Positions 10,701 to 19,818 of a DNA stretch of 64,000 nucleotides are shown here, in pieces. This DNA comes from TPA_inf: Saccharomyces. Its lineage: Eukaryota. Below the pieces are notes generated by a model that saw nothing but the letters and a program-made list of their open reading frames with translations, searched no databases and was not told where the DNA came from. Location of the stretch: NCBI GenBank assembly GCA_000146045.2, contig BK006941.2:1024001-1088000 (forward strand). Reading direction: 5' to 3'. How positions within the stretch are numbered: the first letter of the stretch is position 1; every line of letters begins with the position of its first letter. Made by a program: the position numbers and the translations under genes.

Positions 10701-13694
10701 GAGGCAGATGAGCTCGGAGAGCTGGTGCATAATAAGAAGGCCGGGTCTAGGTTATATAAAATATTGAGCCGATTTCCAAAGATTAATATAGAAGCTGAGA
10801 TTTTCCCCATTACAACAAATGTAATGAGGATACATATTGCATTAGGTCCAGACTTTGTATGGGATTCCCGGATACATGGTGATGCACAGTTTTTTTGGGT
10901 TTTCGTTGAAGAATCTGATAAGTCGCAAATCCTTCATTTTGAAAAGTTCATCTTAAACAGAAGGCAGTTGAATAATCAGCATGAAATGGACTTCATGATC
11001 CCATTGTCAGACCCTTTGCCTCCGCAGGTTGTCGTAAAGGTTGTGTCGGATACTTGGATTGGCTGTGAATCGACCCATGCCATCTCTTTTCAACATTTAA
11101 TCAGACCATTTAACGAAACTTTACAGACAAAATTGTTGAAGTTACGTCCTCTACCTACATCAGCCCTCCAGAATCCTTTAATTGAGTCAATTTATCCTTT
11201 CAAGTATTTCAATCCCATGCAAACTATGACATTTTATACACTTTACAATACCAATGAGAATGCGTTTGTTGGCTCGCCTACAGGTTCTGGTAAAACGATT
11301 GTGGCTGAATTGGCTATATGGCATGCCTTCAAAACATTTCCTGGGAAAAAGATTGTTTATATCGCACCAATGAAAGCATTAGTACGTGAAAGGGTTGATG
11401 ACTGGAGAAAGAAAATAACACCAGTGACCGGAGATAAAGTTGTAGAGTTAACCGGTGATTCTTTGCCAGATCCTAAAGATGTGCATGATGCCACCATTGT
11501 TATTACAACTCCAGAAAAGTTTGATGGTATTTCCCGTAATTGGCAAACTCGTAAGTTTGTTCAAGATGTATCTTTAATTATCATGGATGAAATTCATTTG
11601 TTGGCTAGTGATCGTGGTCCTATCTTAGAAATGATTGTTAGTCGTATGAATTATATTTCCTCTCAAACCAAGCAACCGGTCAGACTGCTAGGTATGTCAA
11701 CTGCTGTTTCAAACGCCTACGACATGGCTGGCTGGTTGGGAGTTAAGGACCACGGACTGTATAACTTCCCGTCAAGCGTCCGTCCGGTTCCATTGAAAAT
11801 GTACATTGATGGATTTCCAGATAATTTGGCATTCTGTCCTCTGATGAAAACAATGAACAAACCTGTGTTTATGGCCATTAAACAACATTCACCTGATAAA
11901 CCAGCATTAATATTTGTTGCATCGCGTAGACAAACTAGACTAACGGCTTTAGACTTGATCCACTTATGTGGAATGGAAGATAATCCACGTAGGTTTTTGA
12001 ATATAGACGATGAGGAGGAACTGCAATATTACTTATCACAGGTCACTGACGACACTTTAAAGTTATCACTCCAGTTCGGTATTGGATTGCATCATGCAGG
12101 TCTAGTGCAAAAAGATCGTTCTATTTCTCATCAGTTGTTTCAAAAAAACAAAATTCAGATTCTGATCGCTACATCAACCCTAGCGTGGGGTGTCAATTTG
12201 CCAGCTCACTTGGTTATCATCAAAGGTACACAATTTTTTGATGCAAAAATTGAAGGATATAGAGATATGGATTTAACAGATATCTTGCAAATGATGGGGA
12301 GAGCTGGTAGACCGGCTTATGACACTACAGGTACTGCTATCGTTTATACAAAAGAGTCCAAAAAAATGTTTTATAAACATTTCCTAAACGTTGGTTTTCC
12401 TGTCGAGTCCTCCTTGCACAAGGTATTAGATGATCATTTAGGTGCAGAAATAACGTCAGGTAGCATAACTAATAAGCAAGAAGCGTTAGATTTTTTGAGT
12501 TGGACATTTTTGTTTCGTAGAGCGCATCATAACCCGACATATTATGGCATTGAAGATGATACAAGTACAGCAGGAGTCAGTGAACATTTGAGTTCTTTGA
12601 TAGATAGCACATTAGAAAATCTGCGAGAATCACAATGTGTTTTATTACATGGAGATGATATTGTTGCTACGCCATTCTTAAGTATATCCTCATACTACTA
12701 TATTTCACATTTAACGATACGCCAATTATTGAAACAGATACATGATCATGCGACTTTTCAAGAGGTATTACGATGGTTATCGTTGGCTGTTGAGTATAAT
12801 GAATTGCCTGTAAGAGGTGGTGAAATTATCATGAATGAAGAAATGTCGCAGCAATCGAGGTACTCCGTTGAAAGCACTTTTACCGATGAATTCGAATTAC
12901 CGATGTGGGATCCACATGTAAAAACATTTTTATTACTTCAAGCTCATTTAAGCCGTGTAGATTTACCGATTGCAGATTATATCCAGGATACCGTATCAGT
13001 TTTGGATCAATCTCTACGTATTCTACAGGCTTATATTGATGTCGCCAGTGAATTGGGTTACTTTCATACGGTATTGACCATGATAAAGATGATGCAATGC
13101 ATAAAGCAAGGGTATTGGTATGAAGACGATCCTGTTAGTGTACTTCCAGGATTACAACTGAGAAGAATCAAAGATTACACTTTTAGCGAGCAGGGGTTCA
13201 TTGAAATGACGCCGCAGCAAAAGAAGAAAAAGCTGTTAACCTTGGAGGAAATAGGAAGGTTTGGATATAAGAAATTATTAAATGTTTTTGATCAACTAAC
13301 TTTTGGAATGACAGAAAGCGAAGATACGAAAAAACGTTTCGTCAGTGTCTGCCAAAGATTACCGGTTTTAGAAGGCATGAAATTTGAAGAACAGGAAAAT
13401 AACGAGGTGTTAACATTTTATAGCAAGCACCTTTCTAGTAAGCATAATAATGGGTTTGAAGTATATTGTGATAAATTCCCTAAGATACAAAAAGAACTAT
13501 GGTTTTTAATTGGACACAAAGGCGATGAACTGCTGATGATTAAAAGGTGTCAACCAAAACAAATGAATAAAGAGGTCATAATACATTGTGATCTATTTAT
13601 TCCCGAAGAAATTCGTGGCGAAGAATTGCAATTTTCCCTTATTAATGACGCTTTAGGATTACGTTATGATATGGTCCATAAACTAATCTCTTAG
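7791..13694 (+). CDS. SLH1: Ski2/Brr2-like RNA helicase with two tandem DExH helicase-Sec63 cassettes (ribosome quality control)
   Basis: 1967-aa ORF. Two helicase cores: APTGAGKT...IIDEVHLL (nt ~8718-8741) and SPTGSGKT...IMDEIHLL (nt ~11274-11297), each followed by a Sec63-like region. Confidence 0.93.
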   Translation: MSTEYSADSSKSFMIAMQSMIDTSQTFNLDRSKISLPDFDDELKKVQKDEQNQRTELTVLSQDRNDWDDIFEEFKDISFAQLQSIIDSYKTKNAVAVYKKIGKLINEAETTLSSNVLLETVLQMVYKHQKQELEKELLDFLGTGNIDLVSLLLQHRRMIVATPIETTILLIKNAVNSTPEFLTQQDIRNQVLKSAEDAKNRKLNPATKIIKYPHVFRKYEAGSTTAMAFAGQKFTLPVGTTRMSYNTHEEIIIPAADQASNKNYLYTKLLKISDLDHFCKTVFPYETLNQIQSLVYPVAYKTNENMLICAPTGAGKTDIALLTIINTIKQFSVVNGENEIDIQYDDFKVIYVAPLKALAAEIVDKFSKKLAPFNIQVRELTGDMQLTKAEILATQVIVTTPEKWDVVTRKANGDNDLVSKVKLLIIDEVHLLHEDRGSVIETLVARTLRQVESSQSMIRIIGLSATLPNFMDVADFLGVNRQIGMFYFDQSFRPKPLEQQLLGCRGKAGSRQSKENIDKVAYDKLSEMIQRGYQVMVFVHSRKETVKSARNFIKLAESNHEVDLFAPDPIEKDKYSRSLVKNRDKDMKEIFQFGFGIHHAGMARSDRNLTEKMFKDGAIKVLCCTATLAWGVNLPADCVIIKGTQVYDSKKGGFIDLGISDVIQIFGRGGRPGFGSANGTGILCTSNDRLDHYVSLITQQHPIESRFGSKLVDNLNAEISLGSVTNVDEAIEWLGYTYMFVRMRKNPFTYGIDWEEIANDPQLYERRRKMIVVAARRLHALQMIVFDEVSMHFIAKDLGRVSSDFYLLNESVEIFNQMCDPRATEADVLSMISMSSEFDGIKFREEESKELKRLSDESVECQIGSQLDTPQGKANVLLQAYISQTRIFDSALSSDSNYVAQNSVRICRALFLIGVNRRWGKFSNVMLNICKSIEKRLWAFDHPLCQFDLPENIIRRIRDTKPSMEHLLELEADELGELVHNKKAGSRLYKILSRFPKINIEAEIFPITTNVMRIHIALGPDFVWDSRIHGDAQFFWVFVEESDKSQILHFEKFILNRRQLNNQHEMDFMIPLSDPLPPQVVVKVVSDTWIGCESTHAISFQHLIRPFNETLQTKLLKLRPLPTSALQNPLIESIYPFKYFNPMQTMTFYTLYNTNENAFVGSPTGSGKTIVAELAIWHAFKTFPGKKIVYIAPMKALVRERVDDWRKKITPVTGDKVVELTGDSLPDPKDVHDATIVITTPEKFDGISRNWQTRKFVQDVSLIIMDEIHLLASDRGPILEMIVSRMNYISSQTKQPVRLLGMSTAVSNAYDMAGWLGVKDHGLYNFPSSVRPVPLKMYIDGFPDNLAFCPLMKTMNKPVFMAIKQHSPDKPALIFVASRRQTRLTALDLIHLCGMEDNPRRFLNIDDEEELQYYLSQVTDDTLKLSLQFGIGLHHAGLVQKDRSISHQLFQKNKIQILIATSTLAWGVNLPAHLVIIKGTQFFDAKIEGYRDMDLTDILQMMGRAGRPAYDTTGTAIVYTKESKKMFYKHFLNVGFPVESSLHKVLDDHLGAEITSGSITNKQEALDFLSWTFLFRRAHHNPTYYGIEDDTSTAGVSEHLSSLIDSTLENLRESQCVLLHGDDIVATPFLSISSYYYISHLTIRQLLKQIHDHATFQEVLRWLSLAVEYNELPVRGGEIIMNEEMSQQSRYSVESTFTDEFELPMWDPHVKTFLLLQAHLSRVDLPIADYIQDTVSVLDQSLRILQAYIDVASELGYFHTVLTMIKMMQCIKQGYWYEDDPVSVLPGLQLRRIKDYTFSEQGFIEMTPQQKKKKLLTLEEIGRFGYKKLLNVFDQLTFGMTESEDTKKRFVSVCQRLPVLEGMKFEEQENNEVLTFYSKHLSSKHNNGFEVYCDKFPKIQKELWFLIGHKGDELLMIKRCQPKQMNKEVIIHCDLFIPEEIRGEELQFSLINDALGLRYDMVHKLIS

Positions 13695-13799
13695 TGAGAC
13701 ACAATTAAAACAACAATTATTTTGTGAAAGATAACAGTGGAAATCTATCTAGTATACATCTTCGTATATATTTTCTTACATAACGCATTTAGAATTTTT

Positions 13800-14501
13800 T
13801 TACTCAAAAAAGTCATCCTTTTCATCTTCTCCCACAACTTGATCCAATTCTTTTCTATCCTGTGTAGGTGATACTTGTGATCCATCCTCATGATCTTTAT
13901 CAGGTGATAATGTTAATCCGATGGAATCTTCATCCAATTTCTTTCCCTTCAATATCTCTTCGAAAGATACGTTTAAGGTGTTCGCATCCATTCTTTCAGC
14001 TACTAATTTAAGAAATTGTTCTCTTCTAAGATTTGTCAATTCTACGCCCTTTGGGTCTGTAGATGGTGTATCATTCGGATATAGTGCAATATACTTTTCA
14101 GTTTTGGGAAAATTTATCACGTAACATAATTCAATTTTAGTGGCTCTCAACTTTTGTTGTAAATCTTTATCATCTGCGCCAGATTCTTTTATTTTCTTCA
14201 ATAATCTGTTATATTTTCTCAATGCTTTTTTTTTTTCAAAGAATCTCACCATATGATATTTTTTAGCGTTGGCTTTAATCTTATTCTTGAGTTCATTATT
14301 CTGCAATTCCAACCGTAAAGCTTGCAAATTTCTTTCCTTTTCTATTATTACTGTGGATGGAAGTATATCTTTCTTCTTTTTTAATAACCTCTCTAAATCT
14401 CTTATTCTTCTTTTAATTTTGTTTGTTCCTGCATCCATTATCTGGGACATCTCTAGAGATGACCCAAGAGCCTTGCTTCTCTTCCTCTGTAATTTAGCCA
14501 T
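13800..14501 (-). CDS. EFG1: Nucleolar coiled-coil protein involved in 18S rRNA maturation
   Basis: 233-aa K/R/E-rich ORF (MAKLQRKRSKALG...). Position between SLH1 and TAF1 matches YGR271C-A. Confidence 0.72.
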   Translation of the reverse strand: MAKLQRKRSKALGSSLEMSQIMDAGTNKIKRRIRDLERLLKKKKDILPSTVIIEKERNLQALRLELQNNELKNKIKANAKKYHMVRFFEKKKALRKYNRLLKKIKESGADDKDLQQKLRATKIELCYVINFPKTEKYIALYPNDTPSTDPKGVELTNLRREQFLKLVAERMDANTLNVSFEEILKGKKLDEDSIGLTLSPDKDHEDGSQVSPTQDRKELDQVVGEDEKDDFFE

Positions 14502-14714
14502 TGATTGATTAGGTTTATTGAATGATATAAGTAAAATAACTAAGTCACGATATTTGTTTTATGTATTGTTTAATTGTAGAGATGAGATGAGTATGAAAAT
14601 TTTTTTGAATGTGTTTTTCTTAGTGCTCCGGCATAGGGTACCGCAGAAATTAAAGGAATACATATTTTTGAGCTTCAAGCACTTTTTATAATCTTAGCGT
14701 ACTTATCTTTATAT

Positions 14715-15239
14715 TCATCTGCAGAGTAACCGAGAAAGCCGTGATATGTGTCTTTTCTCCTTTTTTTTTTGGCTTTCCATAACTTTTTCTTCCAGTTGAG
14801 ATAAATTTATTGAAGCCTGTGAGTCTTGATTAATGACGGCAAATCCAGGTCTAGGTTTAAATCCCAACTTAGATGTTTCTAGCTCTTGCAACCAGCGGGG
14901 ATCTTTTGTTATGGAGTATTCAAATCCACGTATTGTATCCAATGGCCTTTCATTTCTTGCTCTTGTAGGATTTGAAATATCAGGTGTTTTTATATTCCTA
15001 CCAAATGTATCCTTCATGGATTTCAAATTTCCATCTTTATCGTAAATAACATAACCATTGCAAGTTGAGTTTTCTGTTAACGGATGTATCTTCTGTAAGT
15101 TAGAGAAAGTGGCTTCTTCAAAAGGCTGGGCTTCTTGAACAGCCTCGAGGATTGGAGCGGCCAAAGAAGAAGAGCGTAATTTAATTCTTGATGTATCATC
15201 ATCCTTTTCTATCTTATCTGAACTTTCGAAATGTTGCAT
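14715..15239 (-). CDS. Uncharacterised protein (YGR273C)
   Basis: 174-aa ORF with no motif I recognise. Assigned by position and length only. Confidence 0.55.
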   Translation of the reverse strand: MQHFESSDKIEKDDDTSRIKLRSSSLAAPILEAVQEAQPFEEATFSNLQKIHPLTENSTCNGYVIYDKDGNLKSMKDTFGRNIKTPDISNPTRARNERPLDTIRGFEYSITKDPRWLQELETSKLGFKPRPGFAVINQDSQASINLSQLEEKVMESQKKKEKRHISRLSRLLCR

Positions 15240-15894
15240 TTTTTGATAAACTATGATTTTAGAGCACTTCAGATATTACTTTAGGAAACTTTTGCTTTAA
15301 TATTCTTAACATTATAAAATTGACGACAGCATCACACTTTTGAGTGCGTCACAAATGCATATAAATGAAAAAAGGTAACTTAGTTGAGGAAAAAATAGAC
15401 ACAAATTAAAATTTTGATATAATTATAGTAATAAAACTACATAAATCATATTATATTTATCAAGACAAACAGGTTACTATAGGGAAAAAGATTAAATTTT
15501 GAGTAAGAATTTGCTTTTGTAAAGGAAAAGAGCAACCAGTATGAAAAATGCATATTAGGGAACCTTTTCTGCTATTGTCCTTTATGTTTTAACCTCTGTG
15601 ATTTCCAATCAGACTGGAAAAATACAAGCTTTAAATACTCGAGCACAAAGACAACAATTATTGTGTTTAATCAGTGAGTTGGGCTATATTAATGGAACTC
15701 AAATAATATGCACTTTTCATCTTACTGCAAAAGTGCACATTCACACACCACGTCCATCGTTTAAGGATATGACTCAATAAATTATCAATCTGATCACTGC
15801 CAGTGTTTAGAAACATAGTGTACATTTCTTTATTGTTACATTATACAAAACCTTTACAAAAGTTTTATTCGATCAATACATCGTTATACTGAAT

Positions 15895-18800
15895 CTACTT
15901 TGGTGAAGCAGGGTTATCTTTACTGCTATACATTGGACAAGATTTATTTGTTCTAATGTGCCCGATTTGTCCGCATGTAGCACATCTCCTTGTAGTGTTC
16001 TTACCTTTATTCCTGGCTGCTTTCCCGTCAGTTACACCGGCAAGGTCGCTACCATTATCCACAGAGTTTTCTGTTCTCGTGGCACCACCATTTCTCTTCG
16101 AATTTTGCCTTGCTGCTCTACGTTGCTGTGATTTTTCCAAATTAGCTAATTCTAGTTGCAACAGTTTTTTCTGTTTCTCAAGTTCTTCCAAGTTATTTAT
16201 CTTTGAAGTGTCCTCCTCTAACAATTTGTTAACATCTTCTTTATCCTGTTCTTTGATTTTTATATATCCTTGAATGACCCTAGGATCTCTTATGAAAATT
16301 GTCTGCCTTTGAATTATACCATTTTCATCTCTTTTCTTTCTAACAATCTTCAGAATTTTCTTATCATCTCTATCCGTCTTAACATGCTTGTTGGTCTGAT
16401 TAATCTCATCAGGATTGGTCATTTCCTCAAAAGGATTGCTTATGCTCAACGATTTTGTATGTGTATACCAGGTCTTCGCAATTTCTTCGTCGTAAGCTTT
16501 TTGCTGTTGAGCCACATTGTAGCTATGCGTGTTAGTGCCTTTTTTGTTTGAACTATTGTTATTACTGGAAGGAGAACCAGACTTAACAAAACCACCTTTC
16601 ATTGAAGTTTTCAAGAAAGAAAAACCTTCACCACAGCCCGTTGGGTCACCAACACCATGTATTTGTATCATAGCTCGCATTTGTGTTGAATTAATAAAAT
16701 TTTTTGTAATGTTCCATGGTAACAAGTTTTCTTCTAGAGATTTTAGCTTAGAATCAAAATTATATGCTTCATTATCTTCTTGGAATTGTAAGCCCTGACT
16801 CATTGATTCAACTTGGCTGATCTGCTCTGGCGTAATTAAACTTTTCACTGCTTCATTGTCTAACAATTTTTCATCATCTTTAAGCCTCCACAGACCTTTT
16901 TCAGGACCATCTCTTTGATATTTCATGAACTCCTTCACTTTTTGTCTGTTTTGTCCATAATCTTGGTCGGGAAAGTGCTTTGCAATGGGATCAATAGAAA
17001 TTGCCTTGCTGTGATTATGGTTTAGAATTCTATAAATAATCATTTTCAGTCTTGTAGCTTTCATTGATGTCACCTTTCTTGAATTAGGTCCGGGAATCTC
17101 CTCGACAGGAAAAGTTTGTCCAACCGTAAAAAGATGGTTAATATTACGTAAGTAAAATCGATTGCTTATACCAAATCCGGAACTTTTTGTCAGAAGAAAA
17201 TCTGTTCCTGATATATCATGTTTGAAAACGGGTGCTCTAATCATGTTATTGTATAATGTGGGGACGATATGACCAGGTTCAACAAATCCAAAGTTCCAAA
17301 ATGGTGATTTGTCTTGAACTCCCAAAACGTGAGTTTCGCCAACAGGCAATTTGGGCCTTAGAGTATCTTGTTCATTGGCTTTCCGATAATAATTAATTAA
17401 TTTATTGGCCATACCAAATTTAGACAAAGCTACCGGTGTTTGTTCAGAATATTCCATTAAATAAACAGGAGCAGTATCCCCGATGGTTAGATCTTGAGAT
17501 GTAGAAAATGATTCTTTGACATCTTTACCTTTATCTCTTTTCCTTTTACGCGCTTTTAACTTACTGAAGACAATTTTAGTACCTGGTCTGATGTGCGAAC
17601 CAAAGTTTTCACGGTGGAAATGCCTCAACTGGTATCTAGGAACAGCCACTTTGTAAAATGGAGATTGTAAATTAATCGCAGGTTGAGAATGCTGAATATT
17701 TAAGTTCGAGATGGTAGAACGAACTTTTGTTTGATGGGTTTTTTTCAAGATTTGATATTTATCATCATTAGATAAATTGAATTTTTGTTGCAAAATAGTT
17801 TCGTTGAGGGGCAATATCAAGTTACTACTATCCAGTTGTTGCTTTTGCTGCGCTAAATTATTTGTTTTCTCAATCATCAGCAACAGTTTTTCGTCATTCA
17901 TATTTAATTCAGCATGTTTAGACTCTTTCAATTTTGCATCAATGATCATGTCTTCATCCCACTGCCAATCTTCAGCAACATCCTCAATCAAGCTCTTCAA
18001 TTTATAACCGCCGGAGAACTTTAAGTTGGGTGTCATAGACGAATCCGCCAAGGTTGCTGTTGATGAAGTACCTTGGTTGATGATTTTTTCTTGGTCCCAA
18101 TCATCAGTGGCAATAAGCAAGTCTTCCGATATGGTCTTTTCATCATGAATAATCTTTCTTTTTTTTTGTTGCTCTTTGATAGGGAAAAGTTCATCAATGG
18201 AAACATGAATTAAACCTCTTCGGGATGCAGAAGAGTTACTTTGAAGTAAATTGTTTTTCCCTTGATAAATCGGAGCGACGTAAGATATTGTCCTTGAGTT
18301 GAATAGCCTCTTATCATCCTGTTGAACCTTGAATTTCAAATTTAAAGGCATAAACGGTTTCTTTACCCTAGATATTTCACTGTGCCAATGATAAGGAACA
18401 GATCTTCTATAAATCAGCTTGTTCCATTTTAAAATTTTACCCTTTTCAAAATCAGGAAAGTATTTTTTTAGAAGATACTTCTCATGGTTTATCAAGTCTA
18501 ATTTGGTGGCTTTCTTATGCTTGCCATCTGACATATCTGGTTCCATGATAAATCCACCATTTATCGACATATCATTTCCATTAACGCCACCAATGGAAAG
18601 TTGAGAATGCCCAATTTCATTTGCGCCACTACCATCAAGAACTCCAGTTTCAGTGGCGAGATGAATTTCATTTGCATCCATTCCCATAAACAAAGCATTG
18701 CTAGTTGCGGGAGTACCCCCATCATCCTCCAAAATAAACTGTTGAGACAAATCACCATTAATTTCAGGCAGTTGCATATTCAAACTATTTGAGTCGATAC

Positions 18801-19095
18801 CGAGTACGGCACCGTTCTCGTTTACATCATCATACGCGCCCATAGTCATCATAGCTGGATGCAAATTAGCATCAGATTCTTCTGGCAAATCGTCATCGTC
18901 ATCAGCAAGTTCATCTTCATCTTCAAAATCTACAGCATCCGGCAAATGCTCCGTATAGTCCTTTGAATTGGCACCTTCATCCCCGCCAATGTATGACCCG
19001 ATTTCTAAAGAGCCAAACTCTCCGCCAAAAATAGCTTCATATGCTTCATCTTCGTTGGCCAAGTTGGTCTTGCCGGATCCCTGCTGCTTTACCAT
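15895..19095 (-). CDS. TAF1: TFIID largest subunit (TAF1/TAF145)
   Basis: 1066-aa ORF. Acidic N-terminal TBP-binding region (DFEDEDELADDDDD), central conserved TAF1 domain, C-terminal CCHC zinc knuckle CATCGQIGHIRTNKSC. Confidence 0.9.
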   Translation of the reverse strand: MVKQQGSGKTNLANEDEAYEAIFGGEFGSLEIGSYIGGDEGANSKDYTEHLPDAVDFEDEDELADDDDDLPEESDANLHPAMMTMGAYDDVNENGAVLGIDSNSLNMQLPEINGDLSQQFILEDDGGTPATSNALFMGMDANEIHLATETGVLDGSGANEIGHSQLSIGGVNGNDMSINGGFIMEPDMSDGKHKKATKLDLINHEKYLLKKYFPDFEKGKILKWNKLIYRRSVPYHWHSEISRVKKPFMPLNLKFKVQQDDKRLFNSRTISYVAPIYQGKNNLLQSNSSASRRGLIHVSIDELFPIKEQQKKRKIIHDEKTISEDLLIATDDWDQEKIINQGTSSTATLADSSMTPNLKFSGGYKLKSLIEDVAEDWQWDEDMIIDAKLKESKHAELNMNDEKLLLMIEKTNNLAQQKQQLDSSNLILPLNETILQQKFNLSNDDKYQILKKTHQTKVRSTISNLNIQHSQPAINLQSPFYKVAVPRYQLRHFHRENFGSHIRPGTKIVFSKLKARKRKRDKGKDVKESFSTSQDLTIGDTAPVYLMEYSEQTPVALSKFGMANKLINYYRKANEQDTLRPKLPVGETHVLGVQDKSPFWNFGFVEPGHIVPTLYNNMIRAPVFKHDISGTDFLLTKSSGFGISNRFYLRNINHLFTVGQTFPVEEIPGPNSRKVTSMKATRLKMIIYRILNHNHSKAISIDPIAKHFPDQDYGQNRQKVKEFMKYQRDGPEKGLWRLKDDEKLLDNEAVKSLITPEQISQVESMSQGLQFQEDNEAYNFDSKLKSLEENLLPWNITKNFINSTQMRAMIQIHGVGDPTGCGEGFSFLKTSMKGGFVKSGSPSSNNNSSNKKGTNTHSYNVAQQQKAYDEEIAKTWYTHTKSLSISNPFEEMTNPDEINQTNKHVKTDRDDKKILKIVRKKRDENGIIQRQTIFIRDPRVIQGYIKIKEQDKEDVNKLLEEDTSKINNLEELEKQKKLLQLELANLEKSQQRRAARQNSKRNGGATRTENSVDNGSDLAGVTDGKAARNKGKNTTRRCATCGQIGHIRTNKSCPMYSSKDNPASPK

Positions 19096-19275
19096 ATCGC
19101 CTTATACTCCTGTTGTACTTCTTTTTCTCTCTGTGTTTAAAATGCTATTTATTCTCTTAAAAGCACATTTGAAAACCATCGCCGCGAAATGAAATTATCG
19201 ACTAGTTTATTAATGAACAAGGCGATAAAACCTAATGTTGGAAAGAAAGAGCTACGTCAGCAAGAGATAGAGAAA

Positions 19276-19749
19276 ATGGACCCACAGACGCTCATTACTA
19301 AGGCCAATAAGGTTTCTTACTATGGCAACCCTACGAGTAAGGAATCATGGAGGTATGATTGGTACCAACCATCTAAGGTGAGCTCCAATGTGCAGCAACC
19401 ACAACAACAGCTAGGGGACATGGAGAATAACTTGGAGAAATATCCATTCAGGTATAAAACATGGTTGAGGAACCAGGAAGATGAGAAAAATCTACAGAGG
19501 GAGAGCTGTGAGGATATATTAGATTTGAAAGAATTTGATAGAAGAATACTGAAAAAGTCGTTGATGACATCGCACACTAAGGGTGATACAAGTAAGGCCA
19601 CCGGTGCTCCTTCTGCTAATCAAGGAGATGAAGCTCTTAGTGTGGATGATATAAGAGGCGCTGTCGGTAATAGTGAAGCCATTCCTGGGTTATCTGCGGG
19701 AGTGAACAATGATAATACAAAGGAGAGTAAAGATGTGAAAATGAATTAA
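19276..19749 (+). CDS. RTT102: Shared subunit of the SWI/SNF and RSC chromatin remodelers
   Basis: The ORF 19189..19749 (186 aa) contains the 157-aa Rtt102 protein beginning MDPQTLITKANKVSYYGNPTSKESW. The upstream in-frame ATG at 19189 adds 29 codons that are not in the annotated protein. Confidence 0.75.
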   Translation: MDPQTLITKANKVSYYGNPTSKESWRYDWYQPSKVSSNVQQPQQQLGDMENNLEKYPFRYKTWLRNQEDEKNLQRESCEDILDLKEFDRRILKKSLMTSHTKGDTSKATGAPSANQGDEALSVDDIRGAVGNSEAIPGLSAGVNNDNTKESKDVKMN

Positions 19750-19763
19750 AAGGAAAAGTATTA

Positions 19764-19766
<3 letters not shown>

Positions 19767-19796
<30 letters not shown>
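19767..19796. repeat. (AT)15 dinucleotide microsatellite
   Basis: A perfect run atatat... between the convergent 3' ends of RTT102 and RNH70. Confidence 0.9.
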
Positions 19797-19804
<8 letters not shown>

Positions 19805-19818
19805 TTATACACATAGAA

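Noticed and set aside
15956-16798. Series of 89-105-aa plus-strand ORFs antisense to the 3' part of TAF1
   Set aside because: TAF1 is a long, conserved essential gene. The antisense frames are hydrophobic and low-complexity and have no independent support.
19189-19275. 29-codon N-terminal extension of the RTT102 ORF
   Set aside because: The known Rtt102 protein begins at the internal MDPQTL methionine, so the extension is probably 5' UTR. I kept it only as a finding about upstream ATGs.
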